This document shows positions 1 to 10,846 of a stretch of DNA of 64,000 nt, piece by piece. Position 1 is the stretch's first letter, and every line of letters starts with the position of its first letter. This DNA comes from Mobula hypostoma (lineage: Eukaryota), in contig NC_086099.1 in the NCBI RefSeq assembly GCF_963921235.1, positions 116,994,001 through 117,058,000 on the forward strand. The letters run 5' to 3'. The notes beneath the pieces are model-generated. The model made no database searches, was not told where the DNA came from, and saw only the letters and a program-made list of their open reading frames with translations. The position numbers were made by a program, and so were the translations under genes.

Positions 1-1214
1 AGAAGATGAAGACTTGGTATGATAAGGAAGCTAGGATGAGGTCATTTAAGCCTGGAGATAAGGTATTGGTTCTTTTCCCAGTGCAAGCGAACCCATACAA
101 GCCAAATTTCTGAGATTAAATCTAAGGTAAATGATGCAGATTACGTGGTAAAAACCCCAGATCGGAGAAAAAAAACACAGCTGTGTCATATAAATATGAC
201 AAAACCGTATTATGAGAGAAAAGTTGCTACTATGACTGTTGTGATCAATAATGAGCCTGATCTTGATAAAAACTTAATGGAGGATTCGTCTGAAACTCAT
301 TTTAAACCCAACATTATTTCAGCCAGGTTACCAAGTTCAAAAATTCTGGAAAACATTGATGAAAAATTAGTTTGCTTACAGCGAGAGCAGAGAGATCAGA
401 TGAAACAGTTAACTTCTAAATATAGAGATTTATTTCTAGACGTCCCTAGAAGAACCACCATAGCTACACATGATGTAGATGTTGGAGATGCAAAACCCAT
501 AAAACAATATCCGTATCGAATGAACAGGGAAAATGTGAACTTGCTGAAGAAGAAATTAAGTATATGTTAGAGAATGATATTATTAGACATTCTAATTCGA
601 ATTGGAGTTCACCGTGTGTTATGGTGCCTAAGCCAGACCATAGTATTAGGTTTTGTATGGATTACAGAAAAGTGAATGCTGTGACAAGAACTGATGCATA
701 TCCAATCCCTAGGGTAGATGATTGCGTGGATAAAGTTGGACAGGCCAAAGTCCTTACAAAAATTGATTTGTTAAAAGGTTATTGGTGTGTTCCATTGACG
801 GATAGAGGTAGAGAGATTTCAGCATTTGTAACCTCATCTGGGTTATATGAATATAATGTTCTTCCATTTGGGATGAAGAATGCACCAGGTACTTTTCAGA
901 GGAGGATTAATAGTGTGATTCAGGGATTAAAAGATATAGATGCCGATATTGATTATTTAGTTACAGGAAATAATACATGGAAAGCACATATTACTGCGGT
1001 GAAGAAATTATTTGAGAGATTTTCAAAAGCTAACTTAACTATTAACTTAGCTGAAAGTGAGTTTGGTCATTCCACTGTGACAATTAAGGAAAAGGGTTAA
1101 GGAAATTAGACTCCAGCTTAATAATACAGTCTAATGTTACAGGAATACAATGTTTTGATTACTTATATTAGGGGCAAAGGTAATGTGATTGCTGATTATC
1201 TGTCTAGATGTTAA
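1..1214 (+). mobile_element. Decayed Ty3/Gypsy (Gmr1-like) pol fragment: integrase C-terminus, then RT, then RNase H C-terminus
   Basis: From nt 3 the frame reads KMKTWYDKEARMRSFKPGDKVLVLFPVQANP and ORF 145-570 begins with the (VV)KTPDRRKKTQLCHINMTKPY segment (integrase C-terminal region). RT follows in ORF 564-1100 (WSSPCVMVPKPDHSIRFCMDYRKVN, LPFGMKNAP, YxDD decayed to DIDY). The RNase H end SLMLQEYNVLITYIRGKGNVIADYLSRC* stops at 1212-1214. Frameshifts and deletions present. Confidence 0.85.
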
Positions 1215-1405
1215 ATGTACAATGATTTTTTTTATGGAGTGGTATTTTAACATTTGTAACACTCCTACTGTATATTAGTTTGTAAAGTGCTGAAAGATAA
1301 GACTGTATATATTGTGTATGTTGTAAATATTATACCTTTGTATTTTTTTGTATAAATTGTTAATATTTTGTTCTTTCAGAGACCAAATTTTATTTTGGAA
1401 GGAGG

Positions 1406-2262
1406 TGTCACATGCCTCAAGGAGATCTGATTTTTTTTTTGTGAGAATGATGTAATGGTCTTTTGGAGGTCACCTGATGTAAATTTCCCGCCGATGTGAG
1501 CTCACGTAATAAAAGGTGCACCACGGGTATACAAGGGGAGACCTCAGATGACGCAGTTAGTTTTTAGTTTTTAGATTTCCAGGTAGAACATACTGTGTCT
1601 CGGTTTCTGTTGCGTATTTGTTTTTACGACGCAGTTTCATTTTTTAAAAAGTTGTTACCTTTTGTTGCAAAATACAATATTACTGGACTGGAACTTTTTG
1701 GCTAGATGTGCTTATTTACCTAATTCCCGCAGTGGAAGGGGAAATGAAGACTTTATCGAAGTACAGGACCCGAAGGATTCAGAGCAGTCGGCATCGTTCG
1801 GCAGTTTAACAAAGGATCGACCTTATTGAGTCTTCGTTGAAGGAGAAGCGACCTGCATCGTGATAACTCTTGCCAAAAGACTAAAGAATTCATGCAAAGG
1901 TTTGCTCTCTCTCTAGAATTTAAGGTCAGTTGTTTTAAACTGTTTATTTACTGCATTGTGAATCCTTTGGACAGAACCAGCAGGAAAGTCGTGTCTATGA
2001 AGAAATCCTTCTCCAGCGAAGTCTCTCCCAATTGAACGTATAAATTTATTGGACTTTCGAATTTACCATTTCAAGAACTGTTTTCGCATTTAATGCTTTA
2101 AGAACCAGTGCCGAGTGATGAGTTGTTGAACGGCTGCATAACGGTTAACTTCCGGTTAAAGTTTTCGTTTGTTTTTTTATCGTTTATTCATGTTTAGTAA
2201 ATGTTTGGTTATTTTTATAAAACTTGTCTCGATTGATATTCATTGTTGCCGGTTACGTAACA
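1406..2262 (+). repeat. 3' LTR of the Gmr1-like Gypsy element
   Basis: Polypurine tract GGAAGGAGG immediately followed by TGTCAC at 1406; ends ...GTAACA at 2262; lies about 190 bp after the pol stop. Confidence 0.7.
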
Positions 2263-2708
2263 CTACCTATCTCATTATCGAAATTATCAATCGATCTGCG
2301 TATTGATCAGAGTTGCATGTATGACTGTGGGTTTGGAGTACAAGGGAGCACATTCCATTATCGCCGTTTATTCAATCACCGTAAATTACCTTTCCCATGT
2401 CGGTGAGCGGTACGATCTGGGGAATCTAGAACAACAAACTGGGATGAGTGCAGTAGTTTTTGCTGGGGTTTGACGGTCGGTGTGAATTCGTTCCATACTG
2501 GCACATTTTTCTGAGTTCCAGCATTTGATGACACTAGTCACGGTCGGGAAGTGAGGTCAGACTCCGAAAAAAAAACATTTTTTTCGCAGGACGGTTTCGG
2601 TAAACGCTAATGAGGTTTACAGACAGAAAAGAAACACTTAAAGCTGTTCCCAGCAATCTCTTTTCCAAGGCCACTCAGAGTGTAGACGGAACATTCATTT
2701 GTCATCAA

Positions 2709-2806
2709 GCAACATACATCAAAGTTGCTGGTGAACGCAGCAGACCAAGCAGCATCTATAGGAAGAGGTGCAGTTGACGTTTCAGGCCGAGACCCTTCGT
2801 CAGGAC
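2709..2806 (-). mobile_element. Penelope-like element terminal fragment
   Basis: Same terminal sequence as copies at 5320-5416 and 20352-20536; that sequence is linked to a GIY-YIG-type ORF end at 4951-5066. Confidence 0.7.
2772..2806 (-). ncRNA. Minimal type I hammerhead ribozyme motif (Penelope-associated)
   Basis: Minus strand reads GUC-CUGACGA-A-GGG-UCUCGG-CCU-GAAA-CG-UC-AAC: intact CUGANGA and GAAA core, stem II, palindromic ACGU stem III and GUC cleavage triplet; one stem I mismatch. Confidence 0.6.
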
Positions 2807-2819
2807 ATTAGGAGAAATG

Positions 2820-3367
2820 CCCGTTTGGGTATTCGTCACAAGGTCAGTGAGCGTGTGGCACAAATCAGTATGAAGGGGTATGATTTAGTGGCCATTTCAA
2901 AAACATGGTCGCAGGGTGGAGAGAATTGGGAATTAAATATCCAAGGATATCAGGTAATATGGAAGGATAGGCAGGAAGGTAAGGGAGTTGGGGTAGCACT
3001 CTTAACTAAAGATGAGATCAGGGCCATAGTGAGAGATGATATAAGATCTAAGGAGCAGAATGTTGAATCCATCTGGGTAGAGATTCGGAATAGTAAAGGG
3101 AAAAACTCACTAGTGGGAGTTGTCTATCGGCCACCAAATAGTAACATTACAGTGGCACAGGCAATAAACAGAGAAATATCTGAGGCATGTAAGAAAGGAA
3201 CAGCAGTTATAGTAAGATACTTTAACTTGTAGGTTAATTAAGGGTTATGGGGAAAGGCAGGTAGGTGGAGACGAGTCCATGGCCAGATCACCCATGATCT
3301 TATTGAGTGGTGGAGCAGGCTTGACGTATCAGATGGCCTAGCCTTGTTCCTTTCCTTATGATCTTAT
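2820..3367 (+). mobile_element. CR1 LINE fragment (APE endonuclease part joined to a 3' tail)
   Basis: ORF 2768-3232 contains YDLVAISKTW, DRQEGKGVGVALL, VESIWVEI and VGVVYRPP; followed by a CR1-type 3' end (...CTTATGATCTTATG). Boundaries approximate. Confidence 0.8.
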
Positions 3368-3834
3368 GCTGAAACGTTTGTAGCCCACGCAATGGTTTCG
3401 TTAGCCATATTGGAAGAAGTCGCCTTTGAATTTGAGTCTATCTCTTTCGAGGAGGGGATATTTAATTCATATCTCGGGTGGCGAAAAATAATGTTCTGCA
3501 TACTGACGGAAAGATCGCCTTTGTATTTGATGAGAGGAGTGACTGTGCTGCTGAAAGCGTTCGGGCGGTGTCACTTGCCTGAACAGTTCAACAAGCAGAC
3601 TGACCATCGCAAAGAGGAACCCCCATACCATGGCTGGGAGAAGAGGGGTCAATCATCCGGCCAATGGGAGATCCTTTATATCGGTGTTATAGGCCTGAGT
3701 CAACGCAGTACTGTAGTGGTGCTATAAATTGAAGAAGTGGTTTGAGTGAGCATTTGTACAGTGGGAACAGGAGAATTCATGTTTTAAGTTTGTTCGCCTG
3801 GATCTAAATAGTTACGTTGATGTTTATACAGAGA

Positions 3835-4125
3835 CAATAAAGTGCAAGCTCTGATTAAATAAATGAATAAGCATTAAATATCGACAACATGAGATGAAGG
3901 CACCTGGAAAGTGACCCCAAAGGTTATGGGAACAATTCAGTGAAGGGGCAAATGAAGATACCCGCTCCGGTTCAAGACCCTGGTGGTTAAGGGTAATAAC
4001 TGCTCCTGAATCTGGTGGAGTGGGTCCTAAGTCTCCTGTACCTTCTTCCTGCTGGCAGCAGCGAGAAGAGAGCATGGTCAAGATAGTGGGAGCCCTTGAT
4101 GGCAAATGTTACTTCCCAGCGACAG
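3835..4125 (-). mobile_element. Rex1/Babar-like LINE 3' fragment
   Basis: Minus-strand ORF 3987-4184 ends HALFSLLPAGRRYRRLRTHSTRFRSSYYP, the C-terminal motif shared by the other copies in this window. Confidence 0.7.
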
Positions 4126-4620
4126 CGCTCCGAGAACGAGATTCCCAGATGGTATATTCCTTCCCGGCTGCTAGGGTCCGGCATATCTCAGATCGAATCC
4201 TCAGCATTCAAGTAGGAGGATGAGCAACCGGAAGCCGTGGTCCATATACGTACCAATGACATCGGTAGGATGAGGGATGACGTTCTGCAAAGTGAACTCA
4301 GAAAGTTAGGTGCCAAATTAAAGGGCAGGACCTCCAAAACTGTGATCTCAGGATTGCTACACGTGCCACATGCTTCTAAAGCCAGAAATGGGAAAATCAT
4401 ACAGTTTAACACGGAGCTCATGTAGGAGGTAGGGCAGGCTAAAGTATTTTGGATCATTGGGCTCTCTTCCGGGGAAGGTGGGTACTGTTTACACCTGAAC
4501 TGAAGGGGACTAATATCCTAGGGGTAAGGTTTGCTGGTACTGCACGGAGGTGAGGGGTGGGGGGAGTTAAGTTACAGTTGTAGGAAGATAGGAACAAGAA
4601 TGCCAGAATAGATAGTGGAG
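4125..4620 (+). mobile_element. CR1 LINE ORF1 (SGNH esterase-type) fragment
   Basis: FPAARVRHISDRI and VHIRTNDIGRMRDDVLQSELRKLGAKLKGRTSKTVISGLL, typical of the CR1 ORF1 esterase domain. Confidence 0.75.
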
Positions 4621-4639
4621 TCGTTGAGGAAACACGTTT

Positions 4640-4913
4640 GATACCTGCGATTTGGAACCTAAAACAGAATGTTGGAATTTTGAATTGTTCTTACTTATGT
4701 AAATATTTTATTCGCATTGCTATTTTTTAATAAACAAAACTTACTTTCAGAAGTGTACCTTACGATACCTAGAGCTTCTAATCGCCCACTAGCACCTAAT
4801 GTAGTGCTGTGTAATTAGATTTTCTTCATAAAGAGTGTGGCAATAAGTCTCACAAGATCAAACCAGCACTACACAGGTGTTACGTAAAACTTGGCGGGCG
4901 AGCCAGGCAGGAG
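4640..4913 (+). repeat. 3' part of a 5' LTR plus primer-binding site (tRNA-Arg(ACG)-like) of the Gypsy element at 5.4-11.5 kb
   Basis: AATAAA at 4729-4734. LTR-like end GTGTTACG at about 4884, roughly the inverse of TGTAAC at 10847. TGGCG-GGCGAGCCAG-GCAGGAG at 4892-4913 resembles the PBS TGGCGAGCCAGCCAGGAG. Left boundary approximate. Confidence 0.55.
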
Positions 4914-4950
4914 AAAGTCTATTAGATAAATTATATATATAATAAATAAC

Positions 4951-5416
4951 GGATGGGGTACGAAGGGGAGGTGGGGCATTAACGGAAGTTAGAGAAGTCA
5001 ATGTTCATGCCATCAGGCTGGAGGCTACCCAGACGGAATATAAGGTATTATTCCTCCAACCTGAGTTCCTCCAACACTTTATATTCCATCTTGTTACACT
5101 TCTTTTTCTCCCTCTGTCCCTCTCACTATACTCCTTGCCCATCCTCTGGGCTTCCTCCTCCCCCTTTCTTTCTCCCGTCCCATGGTCCTCTCATATCCCT
5201 TTTGCCAAACAACTGTCCAGCTTTTGGCTCCATCCCTCTCCCTCCTGTCTTCTCCTATCATTTCGAATCTCCCCCTCCGCCTCCCACTTTCAAATCTCTT
5301 ACTACCTCTTCATTCAGTTAGTCCTGACGAAGTGTCTCGGCCCAAAACGTCGACTGTACCTCTTCCTAGAGATGCTGCCTGGCCTGCTGCGTTCACCAGC
5401 AACTTTTATGTGTGTT
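4951..5416. mobile_element. Penelope-like retroelement fragment with an inverted 5' segment
   Basis: 4951-5066 on the minus strand encodes LRLEE*YLIFRLGSLQPDGMNIDFSNFR* (GIY-YIG ORF end). From about 5100-5416 the plus strand carries a pyrimidine-rich tract and the terminal repeat with a hammerhead-like motif at 5320-5355. Confidence 0.75.
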
Positions 5417-5419
5417 ACT

Positions 5420-8400
5420 TCCTAAAAGTATATGGTTCAGTTGCCACAGTTATTCCCCTAACTGACCCCGGTGCAGTCCCTAAGTCCTTTATAGTAGAGT
5501 ACAATTTTAGCTCTGCAGTGCGAGATCTCCAGCCCTTGCTACCGTACACTCAGCGGGCAAGCAGTGACCAATACGTTTCCTGCCATGCAGTTACTTTAGC
5601 CTGTGTTTCCACTCAGAATACAGTATTGGAAAAGACAGCACTCAAGCATACCTTGGTAAGATGAAAACCTTAGCGAAGCACAGTGCTAAAGATTATGATG
5701 AAATCCTGGGAGAGATATTACCCTAAATCAGTGAAAACCTTACTATCGAGAGTGGGGAAACAGTCCCTGTTGAAACTGCGGAAGATGTAACAAGACTACA
5801 ACTGGTCATTTCAGAGCAGCCTCCTCAGATGCTAACCAGCCAGAAACAGCTGCTACGCAGAATAACTCAATCCCTGTAATACAGACTAATGGAGTTTCGG
5901 TGAACCCATCCCTCTCTCCCAGTGATCCTAACCCTCCTGATATTCAAATACTCATAGTGGAGCCCATTGTGTGCAGAAATGACTTGATAGCTCATGGCAA
6001 TCCACCAGTAAGGCTCCAAATTTTTTCTGGTAGAATCCGTCGCCTACCTAATGAAGCAGACTACGAGACGGTGTGCCAGTGTTGGACTGTTCTTGCAAAC
6101 ACAAGAGTGTCTGATCTTCACAGAACACGGAAAATATTTGAAAGTATTCTTCCACCAGTTTCTGACATCATCAGGTCAACAAGCCCTGGAGCTTCACCCG
6201 CTATTTACATCAACTCCTAGATTCAGCTTTTACCGCCATGGAGGGCGGTGATGAATGATTCGCCAGATTCATGAACAAGGTACAAAACGTGGGTGAAAGA
6301 CCATCTGTCTACCTACAGCTGCTATAGGTAGCGCTGACACTGTAAAGCAATACAGAGTTGCCGAAATCAAGATTAACAAGCATCTTTTAAAGCAGTTTTA
6401 TAGGGCATGTTGGGAACCCCCCCCCCCCCCCGATCTTAGAGCTGTAACTGGAACAGGAAAAACAAAACCTGCCATCGCTTACCGAACTACTGACATTCCT
6501 ACACACCGAGGAAGACAAGCATGCTTCCAGAACCGCACACATGAAACATCATTTAGGAACAGTCAAACAACGTGCCGATGTACAGTCTCAGGCCACAGGA
6601 TGCTGTAAAGAAGATGATGTAGCACAGATAATTTCAGTTACTTCTCAACTGACTAAACAAATCACTGAGCTTCAAAGTCTACTAGATACTCTACAAACTA
6701 CAAAACAGCAGAAGGTATAAACGAGCTCAAACACAAGTGATAAGCCACTAAAAGGAAAGGCTGGCACTAAAGATAAACAAGAGTCCACAACCACTGACAA
6801 ACAGCCAAGTGTCAAACCAAAACCTTGGTTGTGTTTTAAATGTAGCGAAGATTGACACGTAGCCTGCCTTTGCTACTATGAACCCAATCCGGCATTAGCA
6901 GCAGCAAAGAAAAGACAGCTCGAAAAAGTCTGTGTGAGTTGGAGTCACATCATGGTATCCTAAGCTTCACTTAATCTAGAAGCGGATCCCGTTGCGGGAC
7001 GAAGGGGGACTGATGTTGGCAAAGCATGTCCCAAAAGCTTCAAGATCTTGTTCAGTGAAACAAAGTTAAGACGACAGACTGTTGACCTACCTAAGGGATT
7101 AGTCGGCAGGGAATGCACTGCTCATATAACCTTAGCCGGAAGAAAATGTAACTGCTTATTAGATACAAGATCGCCAGTCACTACCATCTCTAGACCCTAC
7201 TATGTCAGACTTACCAGTTCATTTTCTCACCAACTTGTGAGAAGTGGAGGGTGTTAAAGGAAAAGCTGTCCCATACCTGGGATATGTAGAAGTCGATGTT
7301 ACATTCCCAAAAGAGTTTAAAGGAATGGATGTGGAAGCGCCCACGCTGGCATTGATTGTTCCAGATGTCTCTTTACGTTACAATATGTGTGTGTTAATTA
7401 GCATGAATACCCGTGATGAGCTGTATAAAGATTACCATAAACTGCAAAGTAGCCAGAAATTCTCTCCCAAGTTTGGCTACAAGCAAGTCTTGGATATTTT
7501 GCAAATGTGACAAAGAGAGACTACAGAGGGAACTGTTGGGCTGGTGAGAGTACCCGGCAAGGACCTTAGAAAAATTCCAGCTGGGCAGTCTGTAGTCTTG
7601 TGTGGATCAATCACCTTCAGAAAGCTGCAACCTGATGAAAGGGCGATTGTGGAGTACTCATTTTCTTCTGTCTTGCCTGGATAACTTATAGTAAAGATTT
7701 CCCTGGTTACTTTGGAAAACAAACAACATTGTCACTTACCTATAGTGATCTCCAATGCAGAGATGTCACGATTCCTCCCAGGTGCGTTATAGGTGAACTA
7801 AGTTCAGAACAAGCTATACTTCCGGAAGAACCACCAAATAAAACTTCCAATGAGTCTGAAGCCAGAGATACAAGAACATTCCAGCTTGTTTTCCCTGAAA
7901 AGTTTCAATCTGATGTACGAAATAGTCTTCACAATGACTTTATCATGGTCCGGTCCGTGAAGTCCGCATTCCCGTTCATGGTCTGGTCTGTGGACTCAGG
8001 ACTCCGGGTCTTCCACCTGTCCCTTGTTTGGTTGAGGTAATCATAGGCATCTGATTACCATCTTGGGGCTTGGAATATAAGTGGCCGTGGTGTCGAGTGT
8101 GAGCTGCTGGTTTTTCTTGTCAAGATTCCCTGGGAGCAACCTGCTGGTAGAAGGCTAGAGCGGCCATTTGTCATCTTTAGGCGGCGTTGGAGAACCATCC
8201 CCTCATGGAGCCTCAGTAGTCGGAGCTGTCTTTGCGGTATGGATTTGGCTGTTTCCCGGGCCAGCTGAGTGGCCGTCAGCCACTCCGAGCTAAGTAGGGA
8301 TCCGGCTGTTTCCATAGCCAGCCTAGGTTGCTGGCCATAACTGCGACTCGGAGCAACCCTGATGCAGAGATGGAACTGCCTGAAGTTCTTTGGTGTTTGT

Positions 8401-10846
8401 CTCTTCTTGTCCTCGCCACCGTGAGGTAAGTCGGGCCATTCTGCCGTTGCCCTGCGAGGGATCTGTCTTGTCTTCTCCTCGCCTCCGTGGGGTAAGTCAG
8501 GCCGTTCTGCCCCTGCCCTGCGGGGGGATCTGTCTCGTCTTGTCCTCACCTCTGTTGGGTAAGTCCGGTCGTTCTGCTGTTACCCGATGGAGGGACCTGT
8601 CCCACCTTGGTGTGCAGATGAAGTTGAGTCCCGGCTTGTCTAAGGATAAGTCCCGGCTCTATGTCTATGTTCTGTCCAGTCTCATGTCAGTGTCGTGTTA
8701 AAGATGAGTCCTGGCTTTTCGAAGGATAAGTCCCGGCTCTTTGTTGATGGATAGTTCCCAGTCTGTCTCCGAGTTCCAGCCTCCGAGTTATCAGCCTCCA
8801 CATTCCAAGACCCTAGACCCCAGACTACAGCCTCAAGAGCCAAGACCCCAGCCTGTCTCCAAGCTCAGGCCACAAGACCCCAGCTTGCCTCCAAGCTCAG
8901 GCCTCAAGACCCCAGCCACGTCCTGTCCTGTAGGCATGTCATGTCATTGCGTGGTTCTGGGGTCCGAGCCCGAGGCATGACGCAGGTTCTCGGTCCTTGT
9001 CCAATCTCTGGCTCGGAGTCCAAGCCTTGTCTCCTAGTCCATGGTTTCTAGTCCTGGTCCCGCCTTCCTTAGCCCAGGCTCCTAATTCATAGTTCCTTGT
9101 CCGGGTTCTCTGTCTAGTCCATGTCCCAGCCCAAGTCTGCGTTCTTGTCCCTGCTCCTTGTCTGTATCCTGACAGGTCCCTACTCTACTCAAGTCCTGTT
9201 CCTTGTACTTCAGTGTCTGTGTCTTGCCTTTGGGTCCCCTACAACGCCCACCTTGTGACACACTTTGGTCACTCGGGTATCAATCGTAACCTGGATTTAG
9301 CAGAAGCCGATTCTATTGGCCGAAGAAGGCTGCGGATGTGGAACACGAGATTAAAACATGCAGTCGATGTGTAAGGCATTAATGATGTGCTAGTAATAAC
9401 TGATCATTTCACTAAATATGCTTTGGCTAATCCTACACCCAACCAAAAAGCCAAGATGGTTGCAAAGTACCTATGGGAGCATTTCATCTCGCATTGTGGT
9501 TATCCTGAGCGCCTTACACGGTAACAGAGGCCCTGACTTCGAATCCCACTTGATTAAAGAATTGCGTGAGATAGATGGAATTCAAAAAGTCAGAACTATG
9601 CCGTATTATCCCAGAGGAAACCCTGTTGAGAAGTTTAGCAGGACTCTCGTAAATAAGCTGGGCACCCTGGAGGAGAAAGATAAAAGGCGCTGGCGAAATT
9701 AGTGATACCCCAAGTTCATGCTTATAATTGTACGAGGAATGAGACGACTGGCTTTAGTCTGTATGAATTCAATTTTAGACGACAATCCAGTCTCCCAGTT
9801 GACTTAGCATTCGGAGTACCCTTGAAAGACAAACATGGTACATCACACTCGCAGGATGTACAAAATGTAAAATCTCAACTTCATTAAGCTTCAAGATAGC
9901 AATGGGGAACTCATGGAAAATGACAGACTGAAACGAGACCAGATATGACAAACATGACAGCTTTAGAGTTGAAAGAAGGAGACGAGTGCTAGTATGGAAT
10001 GTGCGCCTACGAAGTGAAAACAAACTTGCCGATAAATGGTTAGAAGTAGTCTGTGTAGTGGTGAGTCAAGCTGATGATCTGCCTGTCTACAAGGCACATC
10101 CTGAGAACCAGTCTGGGACCATACCAACATTCCATAGGGATCTATTGCTCTCTTGTGGATTTCTTCCTTCGGAAAACAATGAACAACTTTCTCCTGTCCC
10201 TTTTCACAAGTACACATCCCGCAGGAGTTCAAAGAACAAATCGTCACTTGAAGAGGAAGACAGTCCAATTGACTCTGAAGAGGACGAGGACCAGAAACCT
10301 CTGAACAGTAAGTGTGAGCTCCAACCCAAACCCAAATCAGCCGTTTACAACCACTCCGGTTGCCGACCCAGCGCTGGAACCCGAAGAAATAGGAGCTGGT
10401 TACCCGATGCAGAGAAATCCATTGTAGAAGGTAACTTAACTGCCAGTCACGAAGAAAACCCACTGGAATAAATAACAAATGAGGAAATGTGTGATCAGTG
10501 TATCCAACCTGATGGAAGAAGTCTGGAAATTTTGTCAATCCCAGATGAGTCTGAGATTAGACGAGAAAAAGAGACACGTGGTGAAATGTTTGACTAGAAA
10601 AGACACGACAAATGAGAATTCTCACAAAGGAGAGCCTGAACTCACGAGGTCTTTTAGACACAGAGAAAAACCTAGAAATCTGACATATTCTGAGCTAGGG
10701 AATAGTGACAACAGTTCAATCCCTTTTCCAAACTCTGAATTCAGCTATTGCAGTCTCTTCCAGATTGCACGTATGTTGCACACCCGAAACTCATTACAGT
10801 GCATCAGTATGCAAAAGGACTTGCATAAATTCGTAGGAGGGAGAGG
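5420..10846 (+). mobile_element. Decayed Ty3/Gypsy internal region: PNMA-like gag, CCHC knuckle, protease and integrase; RT/RNase H absent
   Basis: Gag RLQIFSGRIRRLPNEADYET (~6010-6070); knuckle CFKCSED*HVACLC (~6830-6873); protease CLLDTRSPVTT (ORF 7048); integrase Zn domain split by the 7941-9260 insert; integrase core VLVITDHFTKYA and GPDFESHLIKEL...PRGNPVEKFSRTL (9380-9700); PPT AGGAGGGAGAGG ends at 10846. Confidence 0.8.
7941..9260 (+). mobile_element. Solo LTR nested in the Gypsy integrase
   Basis: Termini T[A]TCATG...TGTGACA; 5-bp flanking duplication GACTT/CACTT; removing it restores SLHNDFGHSGINR; contains internal ~60-bp and ~35-bp direct repeats. Confidence 0.75.

Noticed and set aside
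2263-2700. CpG-containing stretch with CGGGAAGTGAGGTCA and a possible 10-nt micro-exon (T-run-CGCAG...GTAAAC)
   Set aside because: No associated coding exons or clear CpG island; cannot be distinguished from transposon-derived sequence.
3392-3727. 111-aa ORF
   Set aside because: No recognisable motif, lies among LINE fragments, and has no supporting splice structure.
8055-8980. Repetitive ORFs (RPDLPHGGE repeats, Pro/Gln-rich ORF)
   Set aside because: They arise from internal direct repeats of the nested solo LTR.
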